Source: Octopus bimaculoides (taxonomy: Eukaryota). From it: 42,259 nt of DNA. Below the pieces are notes generated by a model. It was given only the letters and a program-made list of their open reading frames with translations, was not told the DNA's origin and made no database searches. A program made the position numbers and the translations under genes. Shown here piece after piece: positions 1 to 13,257 of the stretch. Where the stretch lies: assembly GCF_001194135.2 (NCBI RefSeq), contig NC_068987.1, positions 40,310,759 to 40,353,017 of the forward strand, given 5' to 3'. Each line of letters begins with the position of its first letter. The stretch's first letter is position 1.

Positions 1-3000
1 CGTTGATGAGATCAAAAATGAAAGTATCTATCTTCAACTCTTTCAATCTGGTCCACCAAACAACCTCTTTCGTTAAGGCTACCAGGCAAAGAAAAACAGC
101 CTGTCCGTCCTGGCCAAAGGAAGGTGGTGGGACTATTTTTACAAAGGACTCAGCCAACAGCCAGATCTGTTCTACACACAACAGCAGGTATTTGACATAA
201 ACCCACAAGTCAGAAATACTTGGGCACTGGACAAAAGCATGCAGAACAGTTTTGTTGCTCTGCGTGCATCTTGAGCAAGCCCAGCTGACTGCACTTCTGT
301 GCCTGTAGAGTCTATCCTGAACAGGCAGTTCCCCCTGGTAGCACTGCCAGGCCAAGGATTTCTGGAAACTATCCGTAGGCCCCAGCCTGAAAATTCTCCA
401 GAACAGAGCAGCCAACTCATTTTTGTTGATACCTAGAGTCTCCCTGAGAATGTCGTTGCACTTAACTGCCACTAACCATCTACAGAAAGTTGTAGTGGAA
501 TTTCCACTGACCGCATTGCCTGACTGGCAGAGGAGTGTGAGCATCTGACAACACTCTAGGTGCCAGGTGCCCTGTCTTGGTCTACGTATGATCCAGGACT
601 GCAGTTCAGTCAAAGAGACAAGCTGTGGGAAATCACATCTGACAAATGGTGACCACACCTGCTCAACGACTAGGAAGCACTGGAGATGTCGCAGCCTCGG
701 CATGTGTCTGTGCATCAATAGCCACAGCATACCCAGCCCTCCATTTAGTAGGTGCTCAGCCCTCCATTTAGTAGGTGCTGACAGTAAATGGAGCACCTGA
801 CCACTGCAACGCATCACTTCCAAAGAAAGCAGAAAAGTAGGTGCTCCAGTTTGGTCAGACTCAAACTAGGACAGGGCACAATGGTGCGGTGGTAGATGAT
901 GGATGTAATGTAAGCATTCGCCACCTCTGCTAGACCTTACAGGGATAGCTTTCTCTTAGATTGGCTACCCTGCTTGCCACCTCACCCCAGTTCTTCTTCA
1001 CCTGGAGATCTGGACAGAACCAGACCCTGAGTAATTTAACCAGTCCTTCTGTCCAACATCCCACAATGCTGTGAGAAGGCATGGACATGCCTCTCCAGGT
1101 GCCAAGTTGCAGTCCAAATGACTTCTGGTTAATTTTTGCTCTTGTCACTACCTCATATTCTTTTAAAGTGATCCCAGCCAGGTCTATGTGCTTGGTGTTC
1201 GACACTATGATGGTGACGTCGTCTATGTATGCTGACACAGTTCTCCCACATCCTAGTTCACACGGGATGCCTCTCAATGCCTTCAATTTCTGCAGTAGCA
1301 GCTCTAGAACCATCATATAGATGAGAGGGGACACCCTTGACAGACTGAATGCGTGAAATTGAATGGTTCGGATAGGTAACCATTCACCCAAACTACTGAA
1401 CAGAAGTCGCTGTACATTGCTGTGATCCAGCCACAGAAAACAGAACTGAAAGTGGCCAAAATGAGAACAGCTGCCAAGTATTGACTTTAGATTGATCCAA
1501 ATTGATCAATGCTCCAATCATGCCAGCTTCATTACCCACCCTGTCTATGATGTGTTGATATGAGGTGGAGGTTGTCATGGATGGATCTGCTTGGGATATT
1601 TGTACATGACTAATCAGTTCCTCGATGACAAGTGCCAATCTCTTCACTAGCCCTATGACCAAAATTTTGAAGTCTTGAAAATTTTCTGTTTGATTCCCCT
1701 TGTTTGGATCCTTTCTCAGAAGTGCCATTGCTCCTCAGCTCACAAAACTAAGAATTCTCCTGTTCTACAGCCAGTTGTGGTAGATATCTGCTAAGAGGTT
1801 GCCAGATAAGTCTGGTATATAATAGTAAAGCTTGTAAGGCAGACCATCCAAACCAGGCGATTTCCCCCCATCATTGCATCCCGTATTTTTGAAGCTGTTA
1901 TCAGCATTTTGCAATACCTCATTCTACCTGCCAAGAATCATGGCATGCCATGCCATCGAGGTAGAAGTCCATCCTGTGTGCTGGCCCACCATTCATCCCA
2001 AGCAGTTGGGCAAAGTGCCACTAAAATACCACACACCTCTGCTCAAGCTCAAATACCGTGCACCCACTTTGGTCCACCAAAAAACTGAATTGTGGCTTTG
2101 TTGTTACATTGAACTTCTGCCATTCAGGCCCATCAAGCAGCTTTAGTTCCCTTGTTTCTTAGAGTATATGCCTTAGCTCTGACAATGCATCCTTCATGCT
2201 TAGTGTTGAAGAATTGGTTGAGGACAAATCTTGCTGCCAGCACATTGGTTACAATGCATCTCCTAAGTTCCTAATTAGCTTGCCCTCTATTCTATTTTTC
2301 CCCGTCGCTAGTACTTTGCTAGACCTAATCAATTCTGTTCTAATTGCCTTTTCAGGGCGTACCACCATTTGTTGTTGAGGATTGACCCTGTTAACACCTG
2401 CTCAGCTAACTCGCTAATCCAGTCTCTTGACCATACAGATGGCAAATTTGTAGTCTGTGTAGCTGATGATTTTAAAAAGTGAACAACTTATATTATTCTT
2501 ACCTACTGGCCTACAGAAAATTCTATCTAGATACAACCTGTATGACCTGATGCAGTTAGACTAGGCCACACTGGCACATTTGGGAAATCCAGCCAGTATC
2601 TGTCAGACAGTTGAAAATATTTGAGCAGGTTTGCAAGGCTTTTGTACCCACCTCTTCTATCTGCTAGCCCCATATGGTCCAAATGTGGCTCTAAGGCAGT
2701 GTTCCAGTCACCCATAAGCACTAAAGGATGAGGCGTTCCCAGGAAAACTTTTAGGTATCTGAAGAAGCCCAGTTGCCCAGCCCCTGTCAGAGCATAGACA
2801 GCCACTAGTGTGAAGGCACCCCTGTCACTACTGGCCCATCAACTTACCTTCTGGGTCCAGGAAAATAGTCCTTATCTCGAGATCCAGGCCTCTCTGGAAC
2901 AACACTGCAGTTCCACCTTCCATTCCCAGCTGACATGGAGATAAATATATTTTGTATCCACTGAAAATGGGCATGAACATCTGTCAGTAGAGAGTCTGGT

Positions 3001-5270
3001 TTCACTGATGGCTACCACATCAACACTTAGTGACCTGAGGTTGTCAAGTAGATGACCCTATTTCCAAGGTAACCCCAGGTCATGTGCATTTATACTACCT
3101 ATCATAAGTGAGGCTATGTTGTATAGAAGCAGAAAAGGCTACTTAGTGTGATTTTGTTGGTGAGGTGGGGACGGTTATTCTATCCCCATGGTTATTTGTA
3201 GCTGTTTCAACAAGCAGTTCATTGTTCAGTCTTTTGTTTACATCTTTCTCAAAGGCCCTAAATCCTTCAGGATATTTTATTTTAATTTTGTTGTCTGTTT
3301 TGTGATGTTAGCAGGAATCTTATGTGTGGCAGTGTGTTGTTTGTTGGTGTGACAAAAATCTGTGTTTATGATGTCTGTATGGTTGTATATGTGTGCCATT
3401 AATTCTTTATTATTTGTGTTTATTGCTGTGTAGTTGATGATTGTGTGTTGCTGGTGTTGGAATGTGTGAGCTGCGAGTTGTGTATGGGAGCTGGGTTGTG
3501 CTTGTGGTGGTGGTGATGGTGCTGATTGGGATGCTGTTGTTGTTGATGGTGCTGGTGTGGTTGTTAATGGGGGAGGTATTTGTGTGTTTGTTTTGTCAAG
3601 TGTCTCCTCACTGTCATCATACCTGCCAGATTTTTATGTTTAGTTGGTGAATTTTAGTTCCTTTTAGTTTTTGACCAGGCAACTTGTTGCCATTTAGGCT
3701 CTTCTTCCTCCACCCTCTGTGCAGGACAAGTCTGAGTATTTGGAAAAAAGAAGAGTCAAATCTTGTGGGTTTTTTTTGGTTGTACTTTATTAGTAAGGTT
3801 GTTGTTGTTTTTGGGGGTACTATGCTGTTGTTTTTGTTGCTATCTGGTGTGTGGAAGCCATAGATGTTGGCGAGTTGTTTATTTTGTTTGCTGTTGTTGC
3901 TGCTGCTGTAATTGGTGTTACTGTTACTGTTGTTTTTACTGCTCTAGTGGTTACCTGTTTCTGCTGGTACTGTTGCTGTTGCTTTTGTTGTTGTATTGGA
4001 GGTGAAGCAGTAGCATGGTTTTCTCTTTTGTTTGCCTGGGGCAGAAAGCATTTAAGTGGTTTGTTTGGACACATATATGGCATATTGGCTTTCTACCTTC
4101 TACTGCTACAAATAATTTTGCACCTCCAGGGAGCTCTATTAGATCTGGAATCTCCTGTGCAGTTGTGAAATCTGCATGCAACAAGAGTTCCATCCCTGTA
4201 CCATACTAGTTTTCTATTTTAAATCAATGAATTTGTAGAATTTAAATTCTGTCCTCTATGCCATACAACATGACTGCTGTCAGCAAGATGTCCACTTCTG
4301 TGGCACCTCTGCTACCTTCACTTAAATGACCCTCCAACCGAGGTATGTGGGAATCATATACAATTCCTCCGTTTTAAGGGTTGTTGTGGAATTTTCTTTG
4401 GCCAGCTGTTCAGTTGAAAACCTCACCTCTACTGTGCCTTCTGATTCCATAGAGGTTTCTGGTATTTTTTGACCTGAATTTGTGTAGCTCTTTCTATTTT
4501 TCTTGTTTTCAAAGATATACATTTGTATATAATTGTTTGTTGTCTCATTTCTTCTTGCACCTCCTCTGGTGTGTTAAGGTGTACTATCCTGCCAGTTCTG
4601 ATTAGATACATTTTTGCTCTAGCCAACTCCTCTTCTGACAATTCCACCTCCTCTGTTCTCCAACACATCTGAGCAAACCCACTATGTGTTTGCTTAGAAA
4701 AAGCCACTATTGTCTGTGCTTTGCTAACTTTTTCTTTGTTTGATATGGTAGGGACAGTGGTGGTGAAATCTGCAGGTGCTTGATGTGAAAGAATTCTTTT
4801 TTTCTTTCTCATCAACTTCCCACTTATAACTGTTGTTGTTACTCTGGCTGGTCCTCATGATGGTAGTGGTAGTAGTGGTGTTGCTGTTTTCATCCACCCA
4901 CTCCTTCATACTCCCGTCGGTGCTGATGGGGGTGATGATTCTGTTGTTGCTGTTGCTCTTCCTCTCCCTCTCAACCACATTAGGTAGTGGAGGAAATGAA
5001 ATCTCACAGAGGCTGTTACAAGAAATGTCAGCACCCTTGATTTGAGAAGCCATGTTTGCAAATTTTGGTTTCAAAATATGAAATTTTGAGTTGTTAAAAG
5101 TCAAAATTCACTCTTAAAGGGTGAGTGCTTTGCCACTCCAGCTGGCCCTGCTTGTGGCAATCTGGGTTGTCAAAATTACAGTTCAACAAAATATGGAAAA
5201 ACAAACAGTAAAACAACAAATTTGACGAAAAATTAACAGAGCTCTGAACACATGGCTGACAGCTTCAGAC
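1..5270 (-). mobile_element. Tx1-clade (L1 group) non-LTR retrotransposon, decayed; runs off the window start
   Basis: Minus-strand remnants in canonical order: ORF1 (about 4815-3200) with CCHC knuckle KPICHICVQTNHLNAFCP, AP-endonuclease (about 3130-2500; LVLMGDWN, SDRYWLDFP), then RT (930-2400; VSAYIDDVT, GLQLGTWRG). Multiple stops and frameshifts. Confidence 0.85.
734..779. repeat. Perfect 23-bp tandem duplication inside the Tx1 ORF2 remnant
   Basis: cagccctccatttagtaggtgct at 734-756 and again at 757-779. Confidence 0.9.
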
Positions 5271-5273
5271 ACA

Positions 5274-5286
5274 AATAATAATAATG

Positions 5287-5348
<62 letters not shown>
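5274..5348. repeat. (AAT)n microsatellite, probably the 3' tail of the second Tx1 copy
   Basis: About 25 AAT units. On the minus strand they follow an AATAAA (plus tttatt near 5358-5363) at the end of the element's 3' region. Confidence 0.85.
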
Positions 5349-5349
5349 T

Positions 5350-7150
5350 AATTCTTGTTTTATTGGCCACAAGGGCTAATATAAATCAAAAACATGTAAT
5401 GACAAAGACAGGATGAAAAGCACAAAGGGTTTTGTCTGAAAAGAAAACATTCGTGTAAACATTAATAACAGCGAAAAATATAACAAATAAAACCCCCAAT
5501 AGGGGGAGGCGCTTTGAAAGGTTAGACGTGGAAAAATCCATAAAAGCCACGGCAGCCTGGTCAGGAGGGGTAGAGAGCCCCTTCTCNNNNNNNNNNNNNN
5601 NNNNNNNNNNNNNNNNNNNNNNNNNNNNNNNNNNNNNNNNNNNNNNNNNNNNNNNNNNNNNNNNNNNNNNNNNNNNNNNNNNNNNNNNNNNNNNNNNNNN
5701 NNNNNNNNNNNNNNNNNNNNNNNNNNNNNNNNNNNNNNNNNNNNNNNNNNNNNNNNNNNNNNNNNNNNNNNNNNNNNNNNNNNNNNNNNNNNNNNNNNNN
5801 NNNNNNNNNNNNNNNNNNNNNNNNNNNNNNNNNNNNNNNNNNNNNNNNNNNNNNNNNNNNNNNNNNNNNNNNNNNNNNNNNNNNNNNNNNNNNNNNNNNN
5901 NNNNNNNNNNNNNNNNNNNNNNNNNNNNNNNNNNNNNNNNNNNNNNNNNNNNNNNNNNNNNNNNNNNNNNNNNNNNNNNNNNNNNNNNNNNNNNNNNNNN
6001 NNNNNNNNNNNNNNNNNNNNNNNNNNNNNNNNNNNNNNNNNNNNNNNNNNNNNNNNNNNNNNNNNNNNNNNNNNNNNNNNNNNNNNNNNNNNNNNNNNNN
6101 NNNNNNNNNNNNNNNNNNNNNNNNNNNNNNNNNNNNNNNNNNNNNNNNNNNNNNNNNNNNNNNNNNNNNNNNNNNNNNNNNNNNNNNNNNNNNNNNNNNN
6201 NNNNNNNNNNNNNNNNNNNNNNNNNNNNNNNNNNNNNNNNNNNNNNNNNNNNNNNNNNNNNNNNNNNNNNNNNNNNNNNNNNNNNNNNNNNNNNNNNNNN
6301 NNNNNNNNNNNNNNNNNNNNNNNNNNNNNNNNNNNNNNNNNNNNNNNNNNNNNNNNNNNNNNNNNNNNNNNNNNNNNNNNNNNNNNNNNNNNNNNNNNNN
6401 NNNNNNNNNNNNNNNNNNNNNNNNNNNNNNGCCATAGCCTGAGCGCATCACCAACCACGGCATGCCAAGGCCTCCGTTTAGTGGCTGTTGACAGCAGATG
6501 GAGTACCTGACCCTTTGACAGAAAGTCGAAGTGCAAGTGTACCAGCTTGGCCAACCAGCGGTCGGGACAAGGAACGACGGTCAATCGGTAATAGATGACA
6601 GATGCGATGTATGCATTCGCCACCTCTGCTCGACCTTTCAGGGACAGCTTCCTCTCGGCCCATTTCTGGGTGAGATTGGCCACCCTGCTCGTCACTTTGT
6701 TCCAGTTCTTCCCCACCTGGAGGTCCGGACCGAACCAGACCCATTGCAGTTTAATGGGACCGTCTGTCCAGCGCCCTGCGACACTGTTGGACGGCATGGA
6801 CTTGCCCCTCCAGGTGTCCAGTTGCAAGCCCACCGACTTTTCTGCATTAATTTTTGACCCTGTCACCACTTCATACTCGTTTAGCATCTTGCCAATCAAG
6901 TTGATGTGCCTGTGGCTCAACACCATCACAGTGACATCGTCAGCATAGGCAGACACACTCTTTCCATATCTCAGATCACGCGGGCTCAAGAGTCAATACA
7001 TACAGGAGGGAGAGAGATGGCATCCTTCACGAACCGAACGCGAGGTGTTGAACGGCTCTGAGAGGTGACCGTTCACCTGTATGACCGAACAGATACCACT
7101 GTATAAAGCAACTATCCACCCGCAGAAGACCGGACCAAAACTGGCTGCCT
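5350..7150 (-). mobile_element. Second Tx1-clade LINE: RT and 3' end, 5'-truncated, spans gap 5587-6430
   Basis: RT motifs VSAYADDVTV, GLQLDTWRG, WFGPDLQV, KLSLKGRAEVANAYI; upstream FGPVFCGWI and VNGHLSEPF; 3' end has AATAAA plus (ATT)n tail. Homologous to but diverged from copy 1. Confidence 0.85.
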
Positions 7151-7402
7151 TGTTATGTATTCTTTTGGTTCATGTTGGGATAATAAACAACTCACTGAAG
7201 GTGTTATTATGATTCTACGTGTTTATTTACTTGGCATGTTTACAAACAGTATATATATAGCAGAGTGGTACACACTGTGCGTATCCACCTTAGACACAAT
7301 TCATACTGTTTAGTAGATGCGCTTCACAAAATAGTACTACTAGTGGGGATGTATTCATATATACGTATACCTATGCATAAACATAGATATGAACATGTAA
7401 CA
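7151..7402 (-). repeat. 3' LTR of the Gypsy element (about 252 bp)
   Basis: TGTTA...TAACA termini, directly after the PPT (plus 7403-7411), with AATAAA on the minus strand near 7222-7227. The 7151 boundary is less certain because a second tgtta occurs at 7202. Confidence 0.7.
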
Positions 7403-8481
7403 TCCCTTCTTGAAAAAAAAAAAGGATCTTTTGGCAATGAAAAAATAGAAGTAATCTCCCTTACGCTAATGGATTATCAGCGCAAGGGTGGCAATACTGC
7501 AGCAGAAACCGTAAGATTATTCTGCCCACATACATGGTTTTCTGTTTCCTAATCTAGCAGAAATAGTTATTTTCTTTTTTTTCTTTTAATGGTATCGAAT
7601 CGGTGGTAAAATGTTCGGTCTCCATCTGATGGATCTTGTGCTCTGCACTGGTGTCTGAGGTGTGCTGTTGATGGGTGGTTGGTGCCCGTTGGGGTGATGA
7701 TTCTGTGTGTGCTGTCATCTGCTGTGGTTCTTGTTGGTGTTGTCACTGATGCTACAGGTGTTGCGCATGTTATCCTCGATAGCTTTGGTGTTGGGCAGAT
7801 GTGGGCCCTGTTACGTCTAAGCTGCCTACCAGATTCAGTTTCTATAATATATGATCTTGGAGTTTCGCTTCTACTGACAACTTGTGCTGGGATCCATGTT
7901 TTGGTTATAGGATCTTGAGTATGCACATGTTGTCCTCCAAGTATCTCAGGTCAGTATTGTGCATGTTTGTTGTAATATTTCTGTGCTTGTTCTTGAGTGG
8001 CTGCTAGCTTTGCCCTTGTCTGTTCCTGGTCAATAGGAGGTTGGATCTTAGTTGGCAAGGTGGTTTTGTATTTCCTGCCATTCAGCATTTCTGCTGGGGA
8101 TTTCATGTCAGCTCTCAGTGGTGTTGCTCGTAGGGACAAAAGAGCCAGGTGTGGGTCTTCCTTAGTTTCTTGGCATTTGACTAGTGTTCTCTTGACTGTC
8201 TGCACCTGTCTTTCTATGAATCCATGACCTTTGGGGTAGTGTGGAGATGAGGTTATAATGTCGAACCCATACTCATCAGCCAGCTTTTTGAATTCCTGAG
8301 ATGTGAACTAGGTTCCATTGTCATATATGATCTGCTCTGGTATTCCTTGCTCTGCTAGAAGTCCTTGAACCACTGTAGTTATTGTTTTGGCTCTCAGGTA
8401 TTTCACTTTTCTCACAAATGGGAATTTGGAGTAGTAGCAGACCATAATCAAGTACCATTCTTGGTTCTCTGTGAACAGATC

Positions 8482-8839
8482 TATAGGAAAGTTGGTTATA
8501 CATCATTAGATGTATACCTGACTTTCCTATATAAAATTAAGAATATAATGGAACGCTGAACTCCAGACTATCAACTTAAACAACATTTATTCAGGTGGTA
8601 AATATATACATCTTTAGCTCTTGTTGTTACAGCTTCTGTGTGTGTGAGCATAGTTGTTGGGACGTTGTTATGTAGATGTAAGCGAGCTGTCGAGCGTAAG
8701 TCCGAAAGATGGAGAGTGACAGCTAAACACGTCCATGCTCATGGTCGGCCGACCGAGAAAGAGATAGAATTAAGCGGGAAAGCTTGCTTGTTTAATTCCA
8801 CGCATGCGTGAGACTACGCATGCGCACAGCGTTACTACA
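8482..8839 (-). mobile_element. Solo LTR (358 bp) inserted in the Gypsy integrase, with GATC target-site duplication
   Basis: GATC at 8478-8481 and 8840-8843. Removing the insert restores IGVDL-FTENQEWYL. Minus-strand termini TGTAG...CTATA, internal AATAAA and gcgcatgcg motifs. Confidence 0.8.
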
Positions 8840-10560
8840 GATCTACTCCAATAGTCTGCCATGGCCTTCTTGGAATGTCACTGGATATCATTTCCTCCTT
8901 TTGTTGTGAGTTTCTGTACTTTTGACAGATGTGACATGTTGAAACCATCTTTTCTATGTCTTTGTACATACCTACCCAATATACAGCTGACTTGGCTTGG
9001 AGTTTGCATTTTTCCATTCCCAGATGCCCTTGGTGGATCTTGTTAAGAATTTCTTTTTGCATTGATTTGGGCATAATTATTTGGGATCCAGCCATCAGGA
9101 TTCCATTCTCCACTGATATGTCATCATGGATGGCTCAATATTCACGAATGAGGGGCTGCACCTGATGTCTCTTCTCTGGCCACCCCTGAATCACCATCTG
9201 AGTAAGGAGCTGGAGTTCTTCATCTTTGCTGGTCTCCTCTTTGATTTGTTCCAGCTTTGTTTTTGTCCCATTTACAATGTAGTGGACCTTTACACTTAGT
9301 CCTTCCATCTCCTGTTTATCATGTGAGGATAGTCTGGAAAGAGCATCTGCCGATATCAGGTCTTTTCCTGGCTTGTACCTGATATTGTAGTTGTATTTTT
9401 GGAGCCTCAACAGTAGCCTTTGTAGTCTGGCTAGTGAATTTTGTGAGTTTTTTTTTGTCTATTTGTTCTAGCGGGTGATGGTCTGATTCAATGTTGAAAT
9501 GTCTGCCATACAGGTATGTATGAAACTTTTCACAGCCATATACTACTGCCAGGAGTTCCCTTTCAATGTTTGCATACCTTGTCTCTGAGGGTGAGAGAGC
9601 TTTTGAGGCATATGCAATAGGTTTACCTTCTTGTATCAATGCTGTGCCAACTCCTCTCATAGAAGCATCAACTTGGAGTGTTACTGGTTTATGTCTATCA
9701 TAGTACTGCAGAGTTGTCTCCTTACTGATGAGCTTTTTGATTGCGTTGAAATCCTGTGTGTGTGAAACACACCAATCAAACTCTACGTCATCTTTGTTTA
9801 GTTCTCGGAGATTTGCAGTGTGATCGGCCAGCTTGGGTATGAAGGCTCCCATGTAGTGGATGAGTCCCAAGAAGCTTCTGAGTTCCTTCTTATCTTTGGG
9901 TTCTTTGATGTCACTGATGGCTTCCACTTTAGCGGGGTCTGGTTTCACTCCCTCTGCTTTGATCACACACTTGTCTGCATTGAGTCTGATACCTGCTTGT
10001 TGGGTTTTCTCCATAGCTTCATGTAAATTGAAGTCATATGTGATCTCATTCTTGCCATGCACTTGGATATCGTTTGCTATCCCAATTGCTCCCTTGCAGC
10101 CTTGGTAGGTCTCATCTATTTGGCGTTGGAGAACATCTTGGCTCACCTTCAATCCAAATGGGAGTTGGTTGAATCGGTATCTGGCAAATGGTGTGTTGAA
10201 GGTAGTTAGCATCGATGATTCTTTGTCTATCTTTACATTCCAATACCCATTACTGGCATCCAGTTTTCTGAATATCTTGGATCCAGCAAATGATGGTGTG
10301 ATTTCTTCAAGGGTAAGAATTGGGTAGTACTCTCGTTTTAATGCCTTGTTCAGATCTCTTGGGTCGAGGCATATTCGTAGGGTATCATTGGGTTCTTTTT
10401 TTATTACAATTGAGTTCACCCAGTCAGTTGGCCGTGTCACTTTGGTGATTATTTCTTTTTTTTTTCCATTCTGTCTAACTTTTCCTTCAGCTTCTCTTTT
10501 AATTCTAGTGGAATGCGGCGAGGTGGGTGGACAATTGGTTCGGCATTGGGGTCAACTGTT

Positions 10561-11190
10561 ATATGGTATCGACATTTCTCAAAACACCTGACTGTATCGT
10601 CAAAGCATTCTGGGTACCAGCCATATACGAATGCTTGAATCGTTCCCTATGCAATATCACAGCAAACAAATCCCTGTTTGGAGGAGTATGCGTTGTTTTT
10701 GTAGGTGACTGGAAGTAGATTCTACCTGTTGTTAAACTTGGTAGTTGAACCCAAATAGTGCAATCCACCTTGAAAGCATCATACATCTGGAGTTCTGTAA
10801 CAGAGTTGAGTCTGAAGAAAAACATGAAGGTACAAAATTCTTCAGATGCAACTTTCACAGCCTATTTAAGTAACATTGGTTCCAGACAATGTTTGTTCTT
10901 TGACCCACTGAGGAATGTGATTCGAATTAGGCCAGATTTTGTACTCAAAACGTCATCTATTTCTGAAATATGCAAATTTGTTTTTAATGATTTAAATGAA
11001 AACTACAAATTCGCATCATGGCTATGTTCACAAGTTGTCATCGCCTCAACCAATGAAGTGGTAAATGGTGTGAATGAGCACATGATTAGCAACTTTTCTG
11101 GGGAAAGTCGAGAGTACCGTAGTTCGGATACAATAGATGACAAAAACTGCCACCAGTTCCCACAGGATTTCTTGAACAACCTCAGCAGAA
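10561..11190 (+). mobile_element. Helitron PIF1-like helicase fragment
   Basis: YECLNRSLCNITANKSLFGGVCVVFVGDWK*ILPVV..IVQSTLKASYIW..LSLKKNMKV..AYLSNIGS matches the Helitron/PIF1 pattern FGG-x-GDFRQ-LPV..L-x-x-NMR; later IASTNEVVNGVN. Confidence 0.85.
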
Positions 11191-11334
11191 TTTGAACTCA
11201 GAACATAAAGACGGATGAAATACTGCTCAGCATTTTGGTAACGATTCTGCCAGCTCACCACCTTTCCAATAATAATAATAAGCATTTTTCTTCCATAGCA
11301 ACAGAGTTACAAAACATGTGGAAACCATTCATTT

Positions 11335-11740
11335 ATTCTTTTTATTCTTTTATTTGTTTCAGTCATTTGACTGTGGCCATGCTGGAGTACCACCTTAAGG
11401 GAGTTTTTAGTTGAAGAAATCAACCCCAGGACTTATTTGTAAGCCTAGTACTTATTCTATCAGTCTCTTTTGCCAAACCACTAAGTTATGGAGAAATAAA
11501 CACACTAGCATCAGTTGCCAAGTGATGGCAGGAGACAACCACAAACACATAAATATATACACACACACACACACACACATAATGGGCTTCTTTCAGTTTC
11601 TGCCTACCAAATCCACTCACAAGGCTTTGGTCAGCCTGAGGCTATAGTAGAAGATGCTTGCCCAAGGTGCCATGCAGCGGGACTGAACCCAGAACAATGT
11701 GCTTAGGAAGCAAGCTTCTTACCACACAGCCATGCCTGCC
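11335..11740 (-). mobile_element. tRNA-type SINE, near full length, internal (CA)n
   Basis: Reverse complement of the SINE at 41471-41890: head ggctgtgtggtaag..gggttcagtccc, central ggcaccttgggcaag, tail ggccacagtcaaatgactgaaac. Confidence 0.88.
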
Positions 11741-13257
11741 GCATGTGTATGTTTTAACTATACAATGTCATATTTGATTGGATTAATAAATACATCATCA
11801 GATGATTTACCAAAAGTATTTCTTACCCTTTAAAATCGATGTTGCAATTATTTAGTTTGTTATAAAAAAAAAGGTCCTATTGTACAAGATATGTCACAGA
11901 TTAAAATACTTTAATTGAAAATCTAAAAATAATATTTAACCTTCTATGATGAGTGAAGCTTTGTTTAAATTTTGATAAGATTTCCTAAGTCACTACAAAC
12001 TCTAAATCTTAAGATCTAGAGCTTGTAGGGAAAAATATTTAGTAACATATAAACTCCAATGAAGCACTCCAAAAATTTTCAGTAGGATAAGTAGAATGTA
12101 ATAAATTTGAAGCCCAAGATTTTATTGTATATTTGTTCTAAAAAAAGTCATAGTATTTGTGAAATAGTTTCAATTCAACTTGAGTCACAACCACAATAAT
12201 ATAATTGAGCAAATGAGAAAACAAGCCTTCATGTGGTTACTCAATCTTTGAAAAAAAAGCAGCTAAATCATTGTCTAAGGACACATTGGCTGATGATGTT
12301 CTTTTTGTACTGTTGCTAGGAAAGGGATGAGATGGTTATGGCTGGAATATCTTCTTGATCAGGGCTAATCTAGTGTGTATATAACAGTAACTGAATGTGA
12401 ATGTTATTTAATGAAGTCAAATAGTCATGATAGTAATTAAATTGAAAGAAAAGTAAGATGTGTGGAATAATGTTTCTGAGGTATTTGGAAGAGATATATT
12501 CCAATTTAGCTTTTAGTAGCTATAGAGTCATAAGGTCAGCAACTAGTCTCACTTTCTGTAATACTGGGAAACAAATTAACCCCTGGATAGGATCCTAATA
12601 AAATTTCAACAAAATCACTGTCTTATTATTGCACATAATCCTAGTGAGATGGTTGATGAGTGAAGGTGATTGAAAATTAAGTAACTTGTCCCAAAATAAC
12701 AAAACACCAACATAATCAAATGCACAACTCATTTAACTATAATTAAGCTTAGTTATCTCATCCACTCAATTACTGAGTATTAAATTAGCTGCACAAAGTA
12801 GTTAGTTGACAAGATAAAATAGCTAACCAAACAAGATAAGATTGTATAGAATGAAATGTCTCAACCTGAACACAATAAAACATTCGGAATAGATTCAAAA
12901 CTGTGATACATGATCAGGAAGTTCAATTATCCTGTTCACTCAGCCACTCCAACTCTATCATATGAAGAGGAGTGAAATTTTACTAATAGAAATCCTTCAT
13001 TTAAGCCAAATTAGACATCAAACATCAAGACAAGTAATGAACTGAAAACTTTCAGATGAAAAATGGCCATGCTAGAAGGCATTGTAACAACAGTAATGAA
13101 AAGCTTGACTTAATGTTTGCACCTTCACATAACACCATAAATTATCAGAAGTGGTATGAAGAAATCAAAATCCTTAGAAATACCCAATGCTTCCTTTAGG
13201 CAGAAATACACAACATGTAAGAAGATGAGGGTAATTTGTGAAGGCAACAGAAACATA

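Larger units (their letters stand above)
7151..10560 (-). mobile_element. Ty3/Gypsy LTR retrotransposon: pol (RT-RNaseH-IN) and 3' LTR; 5' part missing
   Basis: Minus-strand PIVHPPRRIP, DWVNSIVI, LRICLDPRDLN, KLDASNGYW, PFGL, LQVDAS, IERELLAVVYG, HLGMEKCK, PWQTIGVDL, YYSKFP, SSPHYPKGHGFIER; domain order RT-RH-IN; polypurine tract aagaaggga abuts the LTR. Confidence 0.93.

Noticed and set aside
3441-5104. Cys/Val/Leu-rich and Gln/Thr-rich ORFs in the track
   Set aside because: Alternative-frame or antisense translations of (CAA/TTG)-rich low-complexity Tx1 sequence.
5376-6989. Long ORFs of 300-537 aa in the track, and others spanning gaps
   Set aside because: Length is due to N runs translated as X; only the Tx1 RT part is meaningful.
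12915-12990. Minus-strand LEWL resembling the SLC1 TM8 D/E-W motif as a candidate next exon
   Set aside because: In-frame TAA a few codons upstream, wrong donor phase, and no HP2b similarity.
13090-13255. Hydrophobic minus-strand frame (LLPSQITLIFLHVVYF...) beside the Tc1 insertion
   Set aside because: No SLC1 motifs or usable splice sites; hydrophobic reads are expected from T-rich DNA.
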